Source: Mobula hypostoma (taxonomy: Eukaryota). Taken from it: DNA of 64,000 nt. The notes beneath the pieces are model-generated. The model made no database searches. It was not told the DNA's origin and was given only the letters and a program-made list of their open reading frames with translations. The translations under genes were made by a program, and so were the position numbers. This document shows, piece by piece, positions 62,932-64,000 of the stretch. The first letter of the stretch is position 1. Every line of letters begins with the position of its first letter. The DNA lies in the NCBI RefSeq assembly GCF_963921235.1, contig NC_086123.1, positions 30,194,001-30,258,000 on the forward strand, given 5' to 3'.

Positions 62932-64000
62932 AGTTTAGTTATATCTGAAGATAGAGGTCTCGGCTGGAACTGTCGCCTTTGGGGACTCGAGATTTGTTCT
63001 TTGTTCTCTGAAGTAAGGCTTTGGATTTGCTGCTTAACACGTATGCTCATCTTTTCCTTCTCGACAGTTGTCTGTGGACTATCTGTCTTTGCTGTGCTGT
63101 TACTGGCGGAGTCCAAGAGAAGGCTAATGCGCCTTCTAATTATCCCACCAGAAACTGGCGTTCTACTTCCTTTACGCTTTCGATCATCGGAATCCAGAAA
63201 GGAATTTTCATCATTTGATGTTGGCTCCGGGTTAGAAGAAATTTTATCCAATTCCCTATTTGTCAAATTTTTATGTTGCTCCTGGTCATCTTCCAATTTT
63301 TCCTTGTTAGTTTTTGATGAGGAGCTGAATGTACTTTCTTCCTTTTCCTCACCTTTGGGTCCTGCATTAGCTTTATCATCACCATAGTCACTTTGCCACA
63401 GTGCCTTGCTTTCCAGTGAAGTGACTGCTTCTTTATTATCGAGCTCAGTCAATGGAAAAGCATTGACATCTTTTTTACTGATATCCATCTTTGGGACGCT
63501 TTTGAACTTTTCTTTAACATGAGAGTAACCCCCTCCCTTGTCCTCATGGTCATCGGGAGAAGCTGGAGACCTGGACTGCTCTCTTTCTGCTGCAGTCTCT
63601 TCAGGTTGACCTGGCGTCTTGTGTTCAGTCCCTGAGAACGAAGCACCAGCTACTTGCATAACTGGGACATTTTCTTTGCTTTCCTCTGGTACACAATTAT
63701 TTCCTTTGTAAAAGGAGGAACGTGCTGGTTCAAATCTGGCTGTTAGGTCCATTGACAAAGGCCTGGGTTTTTTAAGCCAAGGTTTTTCAGGAGGAGAAGT
63801 ACTTTCATCTTGTTTTACAGTGATTTCTGAATTATGGTCATTTGTAGTTCCAGAAAGCCAGGTAGATAATGGTCTAGATTTCCTTACATGGGCCCTGTGT
63901 GAAAGTGGGCTCTCGACAATATCCTTTTCCTGAGCTGTTTTGCCTTTGTCTTCTTCTACAGTCTGGTCCAACTTTCCTAAATGATCCAAAGAAAGCATTG
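62932..64000 (-). CDS. KIAA1671: KIAA1671-like protein, large coding exon (runs off the right edge of the window)
   Basis: Open frame 62916-63998 encodes a low-complexity S/E/K-rich protein with PWLKKPRPLSMDLTARFE and RPLSSDITKL, which I recognise as KIAA1671-type motifs. Donor CT|GTATGT after 62932, phase 2. Confidence 0.85.

Overview
Vertebrate genomic DNA. The repeat content (V-SINEs, CR1, Rex1/Babar and Penelope termini) suggests a cartilaginous fish, probably a ray; this is inference. The whole window lies inside one minus-strand gene that I identify as KIAA1671, from the motifs KPRPLSMDLTARFE and ILDLDALMADY. Three phase-compatible coding exons are visible: >=64000-62932, 57881-57728 (missed by the ORF track) and a 2838-nt exon at 55183-52346. 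A candidate alternative first coding exon at 13753-13703 (MDYYYCPWLRRSFQYFW) lies about 280 bp from a GTCACGTGAC E-box. The C-terminal exons are not seen and presumably lie left of the window. The rest is intron filled with transposon debris: CR1 and Rex1/Babar LINEs, several SINE families, a solo LTR, and hAT, pogo and Tc1 MITEs. The most striking non-genic signal is a set of short palindromic Penelope-derived insertions. They carry type I minimal hammerhead-ribozyme motifs (one with an intact core), have 12-14 bp target-site duplications and share a fixed arm boundary. There is a 211-N assembly gap at 10490-10700. Repeat boundaries were read by eye and are approximate.
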